Positions 46,061-60,667 are shown, numbered from the stretch's first letter. The stretch is DNA of 64,000 nt from Chrysomallon squamiferum (GCA_012295275.1 CM022666.1:3534001-3598000); one strand, 5' to 3'. Made by a program: numbers and translations. The notes: generated from the letters alone by a model not told the origin.

Positions 46061-46382
46061 TGTAAACAAACACATACATTATATACATTTTACAAATATA
46101 TCAAATTGTTCAATTGAATAAAAATGTTTATTATTATCTCAACTCTGTTATGTTGAAGTTGAGCAGCTTAGATTCACTACCTTATGCTTAAAACCATTAT
46201 AATAACCGTTATTATAATTAATTAATTAATATTATTATTATTTATTTATTTATTTATTTATTTATTAGTTTATTTATTTATTTATTCGTTTATTTAATAT
46301 TGTTGTTGTTGTTGTTGCTAGTTAGTTATTTTGGTCCATATAAAGAGAGACTATACATTTTTTCAATTAAATTTGTTAAATT

Positions 46383-46429
<47 letters not shown>

Positions 46430-47839
46430 AGATCCATACCCAGACACACACACACACACGCTTTGTTTTTTTCTCCCAAGGATTTTTCTGAGAAGTAATA
46501 AATACTCATTGTATTCGTCAACTGGGCTATAAATGGATGTTACGTCAGTCGAATGTGCATGTATGTAGGCGTATCCATATAAGCATGTGATAAGTACATG
46601 GTTATATAACAGCAATATTTAACTTACTGTCTATAAAGTATACAAATTATGCTTCATAAAATAAAACTCAAATCATGTTACTGACTGGTGTAAAAGTGAA
46701 AACTGAGTTCAAAAATATTTTCATGAATTTTACTTGATATTCAGAAAAGAAAAGGAAAAAAAAAGCAGAAAATGATAAATGCAGATCAAGACATTTGTAC
46801 TACATTTAAAGTAACTATCCAAGTAATAAAAATTATGAACAGGTGACCAGAGGTATCGCTGTAGTCTTTATTTAACAACAATGACAGCAGCAAACAGTAA
46901 TAATTATAATGATGATGATAAATTTAATACTAGTAGTAGTAGCAGCAGCACTAATATAAATAGTAGGAGTAGTAGAAAGGATAATACTAGTAATCATGAT
47001 TATATAGTAATAATATAGCAGATGTGTAATAAATACTCATTTTATTCGGGAACTGGGCTACAAATAGATGTTACGTCACTGAATTACTAATAGATGGATT
47101 CACAAAATTTGAATACATTATTATTATTATTAAGTAAATTTGTTGTTGTTACTGTCGGTGAAAATAAAAATGAACACCGATACCTTTTTTTTTTTTTTCT
47201 TTTTTTTTAATGTCTAGCTAGGTGGGTTCATTAGCAAGGCAACATCTTTTATTTTATAAAACGAAAAATAAAGAAAAATTAAAATTCAGTTTAAAACACA
47301 AAGAATTATGGAATATTAACTGTTTAGTTAAATAAATAAATAAATAAATAAAGTAAAATACCTAAAATAAATAAAAAGTGATAAAAAGTAAAGTGAAATA
47401 AATAAATTAATTAACAGAAAAAAATAATAAAATTAAATAAATCAATAAATAAATAAATAAAGTTTATAGCTGAGGTTTGCTCAATTCAACGATAAACTTT
47501 TTCACCTTTTACGCTCAATTCCTCGATAAATTATAAATATATAATTAAAAAAAATACCCCGCTTTAACGATCTTTTCTTTTTTACAAATTATATAAATAA
47601 AAATGTAATACTTAGTTGCTCGAAATAAATGGTACAAACGGGTACAATGGATGTGGTTGAGTCCGTTTTTCATTCAGTCACGCGCTAAAGCTTCCCTCAG
47701 CTGTGTTGATCAGTTGACACGCAGATGTCACACGTGCATGTGGTGTTCAGATTCTCTCTTCTCTTCTGCTTCCATTTAAACTTAACACTTTTATAATTTA
47801 CTTTTTCAATATGTCAAAACCAATTTGTGCTTGTGTTTG

Positions 47840-48240
47840 TGTTAATTTACCACTTTTCTCAGCTTTTCTGTGACTTTCACTCAGTTTCTAAAAAGAACAT
47901 TAACAACCAATTTGAAACTCGTCTATTTTAATCGTTTAAATTTATAAATATTTTTCAGCACAATTAATTTCTCCTTTTCATAATGTAAATATTACTAAAC
48001 GCATATGGATCTTTTTTCTTAATTTCGTTTGTAATGAACTTAACTATTTAATATTTTTATATAAAATTTACCTATTTCTATATAAAACTTCTTTTTTTTG
48101 TTGTGTTTGTTTTTGTTGCATTTAATGTATTTATAAAACTGAACAAGTTTAGTACTTCATTTTCCTTCAGAAACAGTCTGTGTCAAACAAGATAAAAATG
48201 TTATTAGTACCAAGATACAGACACACACATAAATAACATT
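47840..48240 (-). pseudogene. TNF-derived fragment (micro-exon plus deleted TM exon); shorter relatives at ~50350-50500 and ~61545-61680
   Basis: Same module as 9470-9870. Confidence 0.7.
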
Positions 48241-49956
48241 CTTCCAAAAAAAAAAAAAAATAATAGAACCACACACGCACACACACACACACGCAGAGAG
48301 AGAAAAGCTGGCAACAGACACTACACAAACAACAGAATATTCTTTCGAACAATTAAAATAAGACAAAAGGAAACTAATGATATATCTTGCGAAAATATGT
48401 ATTACCTTCTACTACCTTTTTGTTACATAAATCATTTATTATTAGAAGATTATAATATTCTATTGAAAACAAACAGAAAAAGAAAAAAACTTGGGAAATT
48501 GGGGGATTTTTTCGATGACGCGTTGTCCTTCAAATCACATTTTTATTGGATAAGAGAAAATAGAACCTTATCGAGAGGATACAATAAACGACCAGTAGGT
48601 TGTTATTGTTGTAGTTCTTCTTATTATTATTAATATCAAGATAAAAGCAGGGTCGGCAACCTTTTGCACAGAGGAGGCCAGACAGGCACGCAATGTTTTC
48701 CTATGAAGTAGACAGACAATTAATATATCGTGACAGTCACAGCTGAGATCCACATTTCACAGCCATGACGTCACTGTAGGTCATAGGGACTCAGGGTAAA
48801 CATGTGGGCCGTGCATTGTGTTTATCAGCTGAGTCACTTAGCAAAAAACTGTTTATAAACACTGCTCGGGTAGAATTACTTTTAAAGATAATGAATGCAC
48901 TGGAGTTTATACGAAAAATGTTCAGTTAACAACTATTGTTACTGTCGGGTTTTCTGATCAGCAAATCAAATAGACATTGAAGATTGCATAATTATTAAAA
49001 CTTAATCATGATCTGTGTGTGTGAATGTGCATGTATGTAGGTGTATCTATATAAGCATGTGATAGTATATGGTTATATAACAGCAATATTTAACTTTATG
49101 TCTATAAAGTACACAAATTATGCTTCATAAAATAAAACTTAAATCATGTCACTGACTGGAGTATAAGTGAAAAGTGAGTTGAAAAATATTTTCATTAATT
49201 TTACTTGATATTTAAAAAAGAAAAGAAGAAAAAGAAGAAAATGATAAATGCAGAACAAGACATTTGTACTACATTTAAAGTAACAATCCAAGTAATAAAA
49301 ATTATGAACAGGTGACCAGAGGTATCACTGTAGTCTTTATTTAACAACAATGACAACAGAAAACAAAACTAATTATAATGATGAAGATGATAATAATGAC
49401 ATTATTTAGTAGTAGTAGCAGCAGCAGCACTAATATAAATAGTAGCAGTAGTAGAAAGAATAATACTAGTAATCATGATTATATAGTAATAATATAAATA
49501 GTAGCAGTAGTAGAAAGAATAATATTAGTAATCATGATAATATAGTAATAATATAGCAGTAGTAATAATGATGAAGATGATAGTGGTGATGAAGTTAATG
49601 ATAATTATGATAGTCATAATAAAATTAATAATGATGATGATGATGGTAGTGATAATAAAATTAAAACATAATATTTATGATTCTGAAATGCGTCTAAAAA
49701 GAAAAGTCTTATTGTGATAAAACAAAAAATGCTTTAAATAGATTGTTTATTATACAGATTTTACATGAAATTTTAAATGTAACGTATATATAAACATTTA
49801 TTACTCTGATCATTCCAATGCATGAGTACACACTGTATAAAGAACACTTAACTTGTATTACTCATTATAAACCAATCAGCGAACATTTAACTTTCATCAG
49901 TTAATTTACATAGAAAGCCAGTAATATTTAAATATGTATTCACTGAATACAGCACA

Positions 49957-49998
<42 letters not shown>

Positions 49999-52900
49999 GT
50001 TATCTTCAATACTGAGCATCAAAAACGGATGCTAGGAAGCAAGGCTGATTTGGTCAGGAAATCAAATGTGAAAATAGGAATTTATGTAACATAAACCACC
50101 GCCCCTATCATTCTGCCGCCCTCGACACTAGCCTAGCAAACCTGTGTGGGAAATCCGGCCCTGCATACAAATACATAATTATAAAAAAGTTTGTGCATAC
50201 ATAAATATGAGTGGTTATGTGTTTTTGTGTGAGTGTCTTTTTGTGTGTTTGTCTGTGTTTGTGTTTATGTATATAATGAATGAGTATGTCTCTGTGTTTG
50301 TTTGTGTGTCTGTGTGTGTAAGTTTATGATTTGCTTTTGTATATGTCTGTGCTAACTTGCCACTTTTCTCTGCTTTTGTATGATTTTCAAACAGTTTCTG
50401 AAAAGAATATTAATAACCATTTTAAATTTCGTCTATTTTAAATTAATTATAAATTTATAAATATTTTTCAGCACAATGAATTTCTCCTTTTCATAATATT
50501 AAAGTAGAGTTCATCTTTTGTGAACGATGATGATTTTCGTTGATTATTTTATTAATAAAATTCTGGGTGATGATGTAGACAATAAAATTATCAATGATGA
50601 GGTTGACACTGAATTTTTGAATGATGATGTTGACAGTAAAATTCTGAATAATGATGCTGACAGTGAAAATCTGAATGATGATGTAGGATGATGTCCATGA
50701 AAACCTTTGTTATTAATTATGAGAATGTAATATTTTAAAGTTTTTAAATTTATTTCTTTTCATGTATCTTTCATTGTCTGATCCTCGCTGGTTTCAAAAA
50801 TTATTCTTAGCCTGACAAAACCAGATCTGTTAAAAGATGAAAAGAGAGAAAGTGAAAAAAAACAGAATTAATTTCATGGAATAAGTTTAGTTCATGTATA
50901 TATATGAAAGAAATAAAATATATATGTATAATTAATTCATTAACAATTAATAAGGATAAGTAATTAAATAATAACAACTATAAATTAAATAAAACTATAC
51001 CCCGAAAATATTCATTAATTAATTTAATAAATCAATAGTTTAACTAATAATGATAACAATAAAGTAACTATAATGATCACATACTAACAAATAAAATATT
51101 CTTAACAACTGAAATTAAAAGAATATTAATATTCAAGAGACCATCTTAGACAGAAATAATTTACCTTCTTCTGTAGATCCAGTAAATTAAGTAAATTGTA
51201 AAAACAGATAATTAAAGTTTAAACAAATATAAGAAAACATATTACTCTTCTTAGTGTTTTTAAGAATATTGAACACACTCAGTTATGTACAAATATAATC
51301 TGAGTTCTCACATAAACACAACTAAGACAAATGCACTTACAGTTTTAAAATTATATTTGATAAAACTCTCTGTTATGACTTCTTAAATTCTTTCATTTTC
51401 TATCTATCCCCGGATATATAAGTTACATGGTAAGTACTGTACTCTATTCATCTTTAATAATGTATCCCTACCTGGATATATAAATTACATGGTATGTACT
51501 GTACTGGAATAATACGGTATCATGGATGTTCAAATTACGCCATTCTGTAACTTTTGTTTCATGTCCAGTTACATATGGATTAAAAAAAGAAATCAACTCA
51601 AAAAGAAGTATTTAAAAATAAATAAACTCACAGGTCACACTTACCATATCATAATGGAGACCCAGTCTGTTAAAACTTTGCTTGGTTAGCACGAACTCTG
51701 ACACGTGTACACCGCCATAAACAAGGAGACACACAACTACAGTGACAACAGCATTTGGTATAAAAAGTGTTTGGACTACCTGGATGAAAACTGAAACTGA
51801 AACAAAATATTAACTGCCCAAAAATGTCATCAGCAACAATAATTACAATAACAATAGTTATAAATAATAACAACAGCAATAACAATAATAGTAAAAATAA
51901 TAATAATAATGATATTACATTAACAACAACAAGCATGTTTTCAGCATATATATGCACAACAAGATTACACTAATACTCACGTATTAATAGACATGGACAT
52001 ATAAACATGGATGATGAAGATCATGGTGGTAACAAACTTAATGATGATTATGATGATAATAAAATTGATGATAATTATGATGATGATAGCTATAATAAAA
52101 TTAATAATCCTAATAATTACGATTCTGAAACACTTCTAAAAACAAAATTCTTATTCTGATAAAACAGTAATGCCTTAAATCGATTATTTATTATGCAAAT
52201 TTTCCATGAAATTTCAGATGTAACATATATATAAATATTTAATACTCTTATCTTTTCAATGCATGAGTACATACTGTATAAAGAACACTTAACTTATATT
52301 ATTCATTTTAAACCAATCAGTGAACATTTAACTTTCATCAGTCAGTTTATATAGAAAAACAATATGTAAATATTTATTCACTGAATACAGTACACACTCA
52401 TTTTACACAGAACATCCTAGAGCACATTCACTGCTTGTAGAACATACACTGTACAGATTTACTGAAAACAGACCATCAGTAGTACATACATTACATATCC
52501 ACTGTACAAAGAAAAGCCATTATGCATGGAGTTTTCATTATCATTTAACATTAATTATATTTACAACATCCACAGATGTACATGTTTAGAATATCAACTG
52601 TACAAAAACATCTTTTTACATAGAACATCTACAGCAGAACATCTATTATGTACAGAACATCTACCATACAAGAACATTCACTGTACACTGAACATCTACT
52701 GTACTTGACCATCCACTGTACAGTGTATATAGAACATCTGAACAAGGTCATCTTTTTACACAGGACATAGACTGTAGAACAAGCACTGTATATTGTACAT
52801 AGAATATCATCTGTACTAGAGCATCCACTGTACAAAGAATATCCAATGTACAAGAAAATACATTGTACATAGAACATATATTGTACAAGAACATACATTG

Positions 52901-53555
52901 TACATAGAACATCTATTGTACAAGTACCTCCATTGTATAATGTGATTAAAACCTAAAATAATAGTAAATAAAACCTGAAGCAGAGTCCATCTTTTGTGAA
53001 TGATGAGAACTGTCAGTGATTATTTTGTTAATAAAATTCTGGATGATGATGTAGACAATAAAATTATCAACGATGAGGTTGACATTGAAAATCTGAATGA
53101 TGATGTAGGATGATGGCCATGACAACCTTTGTTATTAATTATGAGAATGTAATCTTTTTAGGTTTTAAATTAATTTCTTTTCATGTCTGATCCTCGCTGG
53201 TTTCAAAAAGTATTCTTAGCCTGACAAAACCAGATCTGTTAAAAGATGAAAAAAGAGAAAGTAAAAAAAGAATAATTAATTTCATGGAATAAGTTTAGTT
53301 CATATATATATATATATATATATAATTCATTAATAATTAATAAGGATAAGTAATTAAATAATAACAACTGTAAATTAAATAAAACTATACACAAACATAT
53401 TGATTCATTAATTCAATAAATCAATAGTTTAACTAATAATGATAACAATAAAGTAACTATAATGATCACAAACAAACAAATAAAAGAATATTCTTTACAA
53501 CTGAAATTAAAAGAAAAAAATATTCCAGAGACCATCTTAGACAGAAATAATTTAC

Positions 53556-55342
53556 CTTCTTATGTAGATCCATAAAACCGAACCAAACAGTTCCTTGAGC
53601 ACCACAATGGACAAAAATACAACAACAATTTGAGCTGTATCCATGACGATGCGCCTGGATGCAGTGAGTAAAGCGTCAAGTTGGTTTTCTACAATGTCTG
53701 GTCTCTCCGTCCTGTGAAAGTAAATTGTAAAAACAGATCATTAAAATTTAAACAAAGATAAGAAAACATATTACTTGTATTAGTGTCTTTAAGGTTGCTA
53801 AACACACTCAGATATGTACAAATAATAATTGATAAAACGTTTTGCCATGACTTGATAAATTAATTCATTTTCTGTTTTTCCTTCTTCTTGATGTCCATGC
53901 CGAGGTTGACCAAGTAGGTGCAGTACGTCTCACTGTGTACAAACTGCAGTGTTGTCAGCTGCTGCTGGTGTAGTTGCAGTGCACGTTCATGACGTTCTAA
54001 ATACGCTGCCATCCAGCTCTGGTACAAAGGAAGTTCCACTGTGTTTATTTGTTCTGCATGAGAAACAAGTCGACTGTTGATCATTTCAGCTTGGAGGTCT
54101 ATGAATCAATCCTGAAATTAAGAAAAAATATATATATTCAAATACACTGAATATTCTACATCACAGTATGTCAGTTTTATAATATCGTATACATGGTATT
54201 TGCTAAGCTGAATCTTTAATATTATATCATTTGATTTGTAAGTTACAGGATATATACTGTATTGTAACGATCTTTAAGGTTACCGTACTGGAATAATACT
54301 GTATCACTTGGTATATAAATTACATGATATGTACTGCACTCTATTAATCTTTAATAATGTATTCCTGGATATATAAGTTATATGATATGTACTGTAATAA
54401 TTTTGTATATTATGTCCTTGGATATACAATTAATGTATTCATTTATACTCTGCACCACAGGGCCTCATTTATTTGTAAAATGACACACAGAATGCATATT
54501 ATTTGCAATAATGAATCTGTAATATTATATATTTGAATATATAAATTACATGGTAGGTACTGTATTTTATTATATATTATTTATATCAATATTCCTGGTA
54601 TGCACTGCACTCTATTCATCTTTAATGCTGGATACATAAATTACATGGTATGTACTGCACTCTATTAATCTTTAATACTGGATATATAAATTACATGGTA
54701 TGTACTGCAGTCTATTAATCTTTAACAGCTTATCTCTAGATGTATAAATTACTTGGTATGTACTGTACTTAATTATATGTTTAATACTGTCTCCCTGTAA
54801 ATATAAACTATATGACATGTAATGTACTAGAATAATACTGTATTCTGGATATTTAAACTATATTATTCTCCAACTTTTGTCTTATTTCAAATACATATGG
54901 ATAAAAAAAGTCATCTAAAAAAAGAGGTATGACCAGTTATTTTTTTTTTAATTATTCAAAAATAAATAAATAAACTCACACTTAGCACTTACCATATCGT
55001 GATGGAGACCCAGTCTTTTCAAACTTTGCTTGGTTAGTACGACCTCTGACACGTGTACACCGCCATAACAAGGAGACAAACAACTACAGTGACAACAGCA
55101 TTGGGCATAAAAAGTGTTTGGACTACCTGGATCAAAAATAAAATTAAAACAAAATATTAACTGGGAAAAAAGTTCATCAATAACAATTATACATTAATAA
55201 TAGTTATAAATAACAACAACAATAACAGTAATAGTAATAATAGTGATAATAATGATATTACATTAACAACAATAGCAACAACAAGCATTTCTTGAGATAA
55301 AGGTCCTTGAGTATGAAAAAGTTGTCTCCTTAGCATTCTCTA

Positions 55343-55374
<32 letters not shown>

Positions 55375-55707
55375 GGAGACAGGTAAACGTAATACTGAAC
55401 TGAATACAGAATTTCTTAACACCTAGTCGAATATTTTCAAACAGAGATTTAGGTTTTTCACTTTTCTCTCTCAATACATCATCGTCACCTTCATCATCAG
55501 CTGTCAAGATAATTCATAGTTTGTATTATAGAAATACTGGGTGTCTAATAGTGTAAATAAACAATAACAACAACAATAATAACTACTACTACTACCAATT
55601 AATTTAACGATATAACAAATAAAACCTAACTAATTTTATTTAACTGTTAACCTGTTAATATTAGTAGTACTTTGTAAATATTGTTGTTGTTGTTGTTATC
55701 ATCATCA

Positions 55708-55744
<37 letters not shown>

Positions 55745-56100
55745 AAAATTAATTTACATATCTTTGACCTACTAATCATACAAAATAAATGTGTTAAAGC
55801 TTCTGTAAACATTTAAATACTTTTAATTAATTACTAATAATAATATGCACTGAAGTATCCATAAACAAATAATTAATTACTTGTTTCCTTATAATCCACA
55901 TACTCAGGTACCCGTACAGGAGAAGCTTAGCGAACGAGATTGTCTTGGCCATCCGATGAGCAAACAACAAAATATCAACCACAACCATCAAACCGAATAT
56001 CACACAGAACGCTGTCACTGAATTTCCCTTCGCTCCGCTTTGAGGTTTTCGCTGTCTGGCAGCCTGGTTTACCTCCCCTTGACTTGACTCGGAGAAAGGA
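53556..56100 (-). pseudogene. Second, disabled copy of the same membrane-protein gene (exons ~56100-55881, ~55500-55380, 55126-54993, 54111-~53890, 53711-53556)
   Basis: The 55126-54993 exon is 134 nt (1-nt deletion versus the 135-nt paralog). The 54111 exon starts GAT TGA (stop) and is 3'-truncated. A hydrophobic exon reads AFCVIFGLMVVVDILLFAHRMAKTISFAKLLLYGY. Confidence 0.7.
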
Positions 56101-57385
56101 AAGAGCCAGTGATATTGAAAGACAATATTTACTTTTACTAATATTCATGTCTATTTTTTACTCTTTTTTTTGAAGAACTGAGATTTTTATTTTATTTTAA
56201 TGAACTGAACATTTTGTTATGACACATCTAAATTCCTGATTTAACTAATAGATTATAGAATCAAATCTTTGTACACATACAAACATAATATTTCAGAGGA
56301 TCGGACGTATTTGTGAATATAAAACAGTTGATATCAAATGAATTTTTTTGTATGTGTCTGTGTGCAAAAAATAGATGAGGATGTGCCAATTGTGATCCCA
56401 ACCCCCACCAATCATTTCATGATATGACCTGAAGAAAATATCAGGCTTTAAATGTTGTTTTTGTTCAAAAATTATTCTTAGCCTGACGAAATAGATCTGT
56501 TAAAGGATGAAAATAAAGTAAACAAAAAACAAAAAAAAACAAAAGAAATTATTTGATGGAGTAAGTTTATATATATATAAAAACATACATACATATAGTT
56601 ATACAAATAAACACATCAACAAAAAATATCAACATTGTTTATACAAGACAAAACTAACAAAAACGAATTAAATCGAAGTAGATCTTTATTAGAAAAATAA
56701 AAATATAATTATATACTCATATTTGATTATTATTATATCTGTTTCAATAATACATTTTTACTTCAGAGATAAAAGTTCTTTATTAAAACCTGATGCAAAA
56801 CAATGAAAAAGAAAAGACAATAAATTATTTTATAAATAAAATGAATTGACAAAACAAAATCTCTTGTGTTGCGGTTCATAACTGATTGAAATTTATTGCA
56901 AAGGCATCGAAAAACCTGTTGACCGTTGGAAAGAATGATCAATAATAACAGAGAATACATTATTGATTAAATTACATCTTGTTACCAATTAAGCTCAAGT
57001 TTTCTTCTATGTAATGATTACATTTATTTTAACCACAATGGCTTATTCCTCAATACTTATTGTTAGAAACATAAATAAATAATCTCAAGATTCACACACA
57101 CACACACACGTGCAGACACACACACACATTTTAAAAATATAGTGTTATGATTGCATCCGTTCTATTGCAAATGTTAGGAACCCGACTAGCATTTCATTTT
57201 TTTTTTTTTAAAGTAAATCTATTTATTTATAACAATAATAATTCATTCATAAGAATAACAACAGTTTGTTAGTACAACTGTGAAACTGAATTTATAATAG
57301 TATTAACAATCTATTGTAATGCTCTAATACTGCATTGATAATAATAATAGCAGTCTATTAGTAATACTGTAATATTAGTATTAAT

Positions 57386-57815
57386 TCGTTGTTATTCAAA
57401 ATACTGGAAAGAATTCAACTGGAGTATCAAAAATGTTTTAAATAACAAAAGTAAGTGTGTGGTTGTGTGTGTGTACAACATGATAATAAGTAAAGTAATA
57501 TAGTAATAGTAGTAATAACAATTACATGCTGTAATTAAAAACAATGAAGTTACGCTGCTGATCTGGAGAAAATAGCAAACATTTTAATTTAAATTTGAAA
57601 GAAACATTATTGTCTGTTATTCTTTATAAATTATATTTTATTCACACTTTCGTTGTTATTCAAAATACTGGCAAGAATTCCATTAGAGTATCAAAAATGT
57701 TTCAAATAATAAATGTGTGCGTGTGTGTATGTGTGTGTGTGTACAACATGATAATAAGTAAAGTATTAAAGTAATAGTAATAACAAAACTAATTTACAAT
57801 AATTCAAAACAATAG
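57386..57815. repeat. Local direct duplication (~150 bp, offset ~263) downstream of the TNF stop codon
   Basis: ttcgttgttattcaaaatactgg...gtacaacatgataataagtaaagta at 57386 and 57649. Confidence 0.8.
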
Positions 57816-57892
57816 CATCACAGCCATTTTGTTTTCTTTTATAATTCCACTGAGGACTATAAAGGCTGATCCAATCACAAACAACCGACCAC

Positions 57893-57962
<70 letters not shown>

Positions 57963-58135
57963 GCCCCCGCTGAAGACTATAAAGGAAGATGAAAGAATGC
58001 CTAATATAAACGTTTCATAATAAAGTTAGAATAAAATAGTAGTTTAACGTACTCATGTCCCTGACTACTGTCTTTCTATCACAGCTCAAACAAATTATAT
58101 ATCAGCAGTTATAATTGATGTCTCTCGAAACAGTT

Positions 58136-59075
58136 TTACAGCATATACAGGCCAAAGTAGGTGGTCTCAGGATCTCTCAAAATTCTGTTCACAACTGATG
58201 TTCTCACCACTACAGTGTCGTTGGCTTTCAGGTAATAAACAGCTCCAATGTAAGAAGTAACAAAACCTTCCTGGTATCTTCCTACTTTGCATGTTGTTTG
58301 AGGATTTCTGTAGAGGACTTCATAATTTGGATATTTTTCAATTGAGTGACACAGCCTAGCGTATTCAAGCTCTCTGACTTGGTTGGCATGGAATAAAACG
58401 TTACTGTATATGAAGTAGTAAGCAGCTTCTTTGACTTGAATCCCGTCAGCGACAACAGCCACACCTCCTTTCACAAACGATCTTTTACCAGACGACGTCC
58501 ATTTGATGAGAGGCTTTGGGTTGTCTGAAAAGTTTGTAAGAAGAAATTATTTTTAAATATTATTTCTATTCTAAATCATCAACAGTTGTAGTTAATATTA
58601 CTAATATATTTCTATAACTACTACAAACTCCTGCTATTGACTACTTTAGTACCATCGTTGATATTTTTACTACTAACGTGCTGTTATCACAGTTTCTTCT
58701 ATTATTTCCTAGCCACTACTAATAACTATGTGATTACTACTACAACTACTTTTACCAGACCAACTACTACAATTACTTCTATTTTACTACTACCACATTT
58801 ATTATCAAATCACCTCTTTTAACAGAGTAAAATTACTCTGCTACTACTACTACTACTCTACTGCTATTACTACTACTCTACTGCTACTACTATTATTACT
58901 AGTAACCTACTACTAGTACTACTACTACTGCTGCTACCACTGCTACTACTATTTGTATTCTTACTTTTGTCATATGTTGCATTCACTTCCATCTGTAGAT
59001 GAGCTGATGTTTTCACATTGTTTTCATTATTCAGATTGTAAGCGACCTCTCTGATCAGTTTAAGTTTCTGTTCTG

Positions 59076-59124
<49 letters not shown>

Positions 59125-60083
59125 CAGACACATATAGACTACTGATACATCTATAGTTATATAGATTCATACATACATAGATTCGTACACAATGTTTTTA
59201 TTGTCTAAATTCAAAAGATCAGCGACATCTCTGACCTGCTTTAGTTTTTGTTCTGAAACATGCACACACACACATACATAAATATACATTTGTACATGTT
59301 TACATACTTAGACTATACACAAATATGCACGTACATACAAATACATAATTATAAAAAAAAATGTCAGGATATTTAAAAATGCGTGCCTGAGTGTTTCTGT
59401 TTGTGTGTGTGCCTTCTTCTGTATGTTTGTCTGTCTGTGTGTATGTGTTTGTTTATGACTTTTCTTGTGTGTCTGTGTTTCTGCGACTGTCTTTTTACGT
59501 TTGTCTGTGTATGTGTATATGTGTCTGTATTAACTTACCACTTTTCTCAGCTTTTGTATGACTTTCACTCAGTTTCTAAAAAGAATGTTAATAACCAATT
59601 TGAAACTAGTCCGCAATAATCAGTTTTAAATTTATAAATATTTTTCAGCACTATTAATTTCTCCTTTTCATAATTCAAATATTATTATTTCATTTATAAA
59701 GAATTTAACTTTTTATTATTTTTATAGAGAATTTACCTCTTTCTTAATTTCATATCTACAGAAAACATTATTTTTTTTTCTTCAGTTAATTCATTTATGG
59801 AATATAAATTTTTGGAATTTACCTTCTTCATAATTTTACTGATCACTTTTTCTCCATCACTGTAACAGCAATACATGGTATTGTTCCTGGTTCTGTTCGT
59901 AGATTTGTCATCACAACAGTTTTCTCCTGGTTTGCACGAGATTTTCACACACAGTTTCTTGTCAAACAACAAGTTGGTTTCTCTGTTCAGAAATTCTTTT
60001 AATGTTACAGATGCAATGAAACTGATGAGTATCAAGTTTAGTACCATAAGATAAATGGCAATGACTGGACGAATTGGTACCAT
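58136..60083 (-). CDS. TNF superfamily ligand, type II membrane protein, 264 aa. Coding exons 60083-59823 (261 nt), 59575-59539 (37 nt), 59072-58965 (108 nt), 58524-58136 (389 nt).
   Basis: N-terminal TM (PVIAIYLMVLNLILISFIASV) and Cys-rich stalk. TNF homology domain motifs SAHL, LIKW, GIQVKEAAYYFIYSNVLF, SYIGAVYYLKANDTV, TYFGLYML*. GT-AG sites with phases 0,1,1 give 795 nt in frame. Confidence 0.93.
59191..59252 (-). pseudogene. Tandem duplicate of the 5' part of TNF coding exon 3 (stalk), intact acceptor
   Basis: tttcag|AA then QKLKQVRDVADLLNLDNKNI versus QKLKLIREVAYNLNNENNV in exon 3. No phase-compatible donor found. Confidence 0.6.
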
Positions 60084-60667
60084 TTTGTGTAACAGCTTTT
60101 GAGAAGTAGTCTGTAAAACATGAACAAAACAAAAGAAAAAATCAGTAATAAATAATAACAATAAAATACACACATACGCACACGTACACAATATACATAC
60201 ACTTATATATAACATTATTTCAGCAAAAAGGCAATATGCACATGTACATACACATAGATATAAAACTTTTAAAGAATGGTTAAATAAATAAATAAAATAA
60301 TAAATATTACCAAGATAAATTTACACACAATATACACATCGACACACACTTCTATATAAAATTCTTTCAAAGAAATTTTTTTAAAGCAAATAATATTTAC
60401 CAAGATATATTTACATCCATAATGTTCCTATGTGACGTCCAAATAAACAACAAAAGAAACTCCCATAAAAATAGCTAATGTTATAATTTTATATAAATAT
60501 ATATAACCTGTGAACTAACTGAAATTATAATTTTATATTAGTATAGATAACCTATGAAATAAGTGAAATTATAGTTTTATATAAATATATATAACCTATG
60601 AAATAAGTGAAATTATAGTTTTATATAAACATATATAACCTATGAAATAAGTAAAACTTTTACTTAC

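Larger units (their letters stand above)
43552..51779 (-). pseudogene. Fragment of an unidentified multi-pass membrane protein gene: in-frame exon chain 51779-51645, 44311-43995, 43707-43552
   Basis: GT-AG exons with phases 0/0, 0/2, 2/2: VVQTLFIPNAVVTVVVCLLVYGG...GLHYDM / NGFIDLQAEMINSRLVSHAEQIN...WPKFYK / RTERPDIVENQLDALL...LWIYVR. No start or terminal exon identified. Confidence 0.6.

Noticed and set aside
57000-58130. AU-rich elements in the TNF 3'UTR
   Set aside because: ATTTA pentamers are scattered and expected by chance at this AT content; no clustered ARE seen.
59737-59755. Apparent 19-nt AG-GT micro-exon in TNF intron 1
   Set aside because: In the required phase 0 it reads ATA TGA. 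The 37-nt exon at 59575-59539 fits without stops.
59733-60215. 160-aa ORF as a complete protein
   Set aside because: Only 60083-59823 is exonic; the rest is intron read-through beyond clear splice sites.
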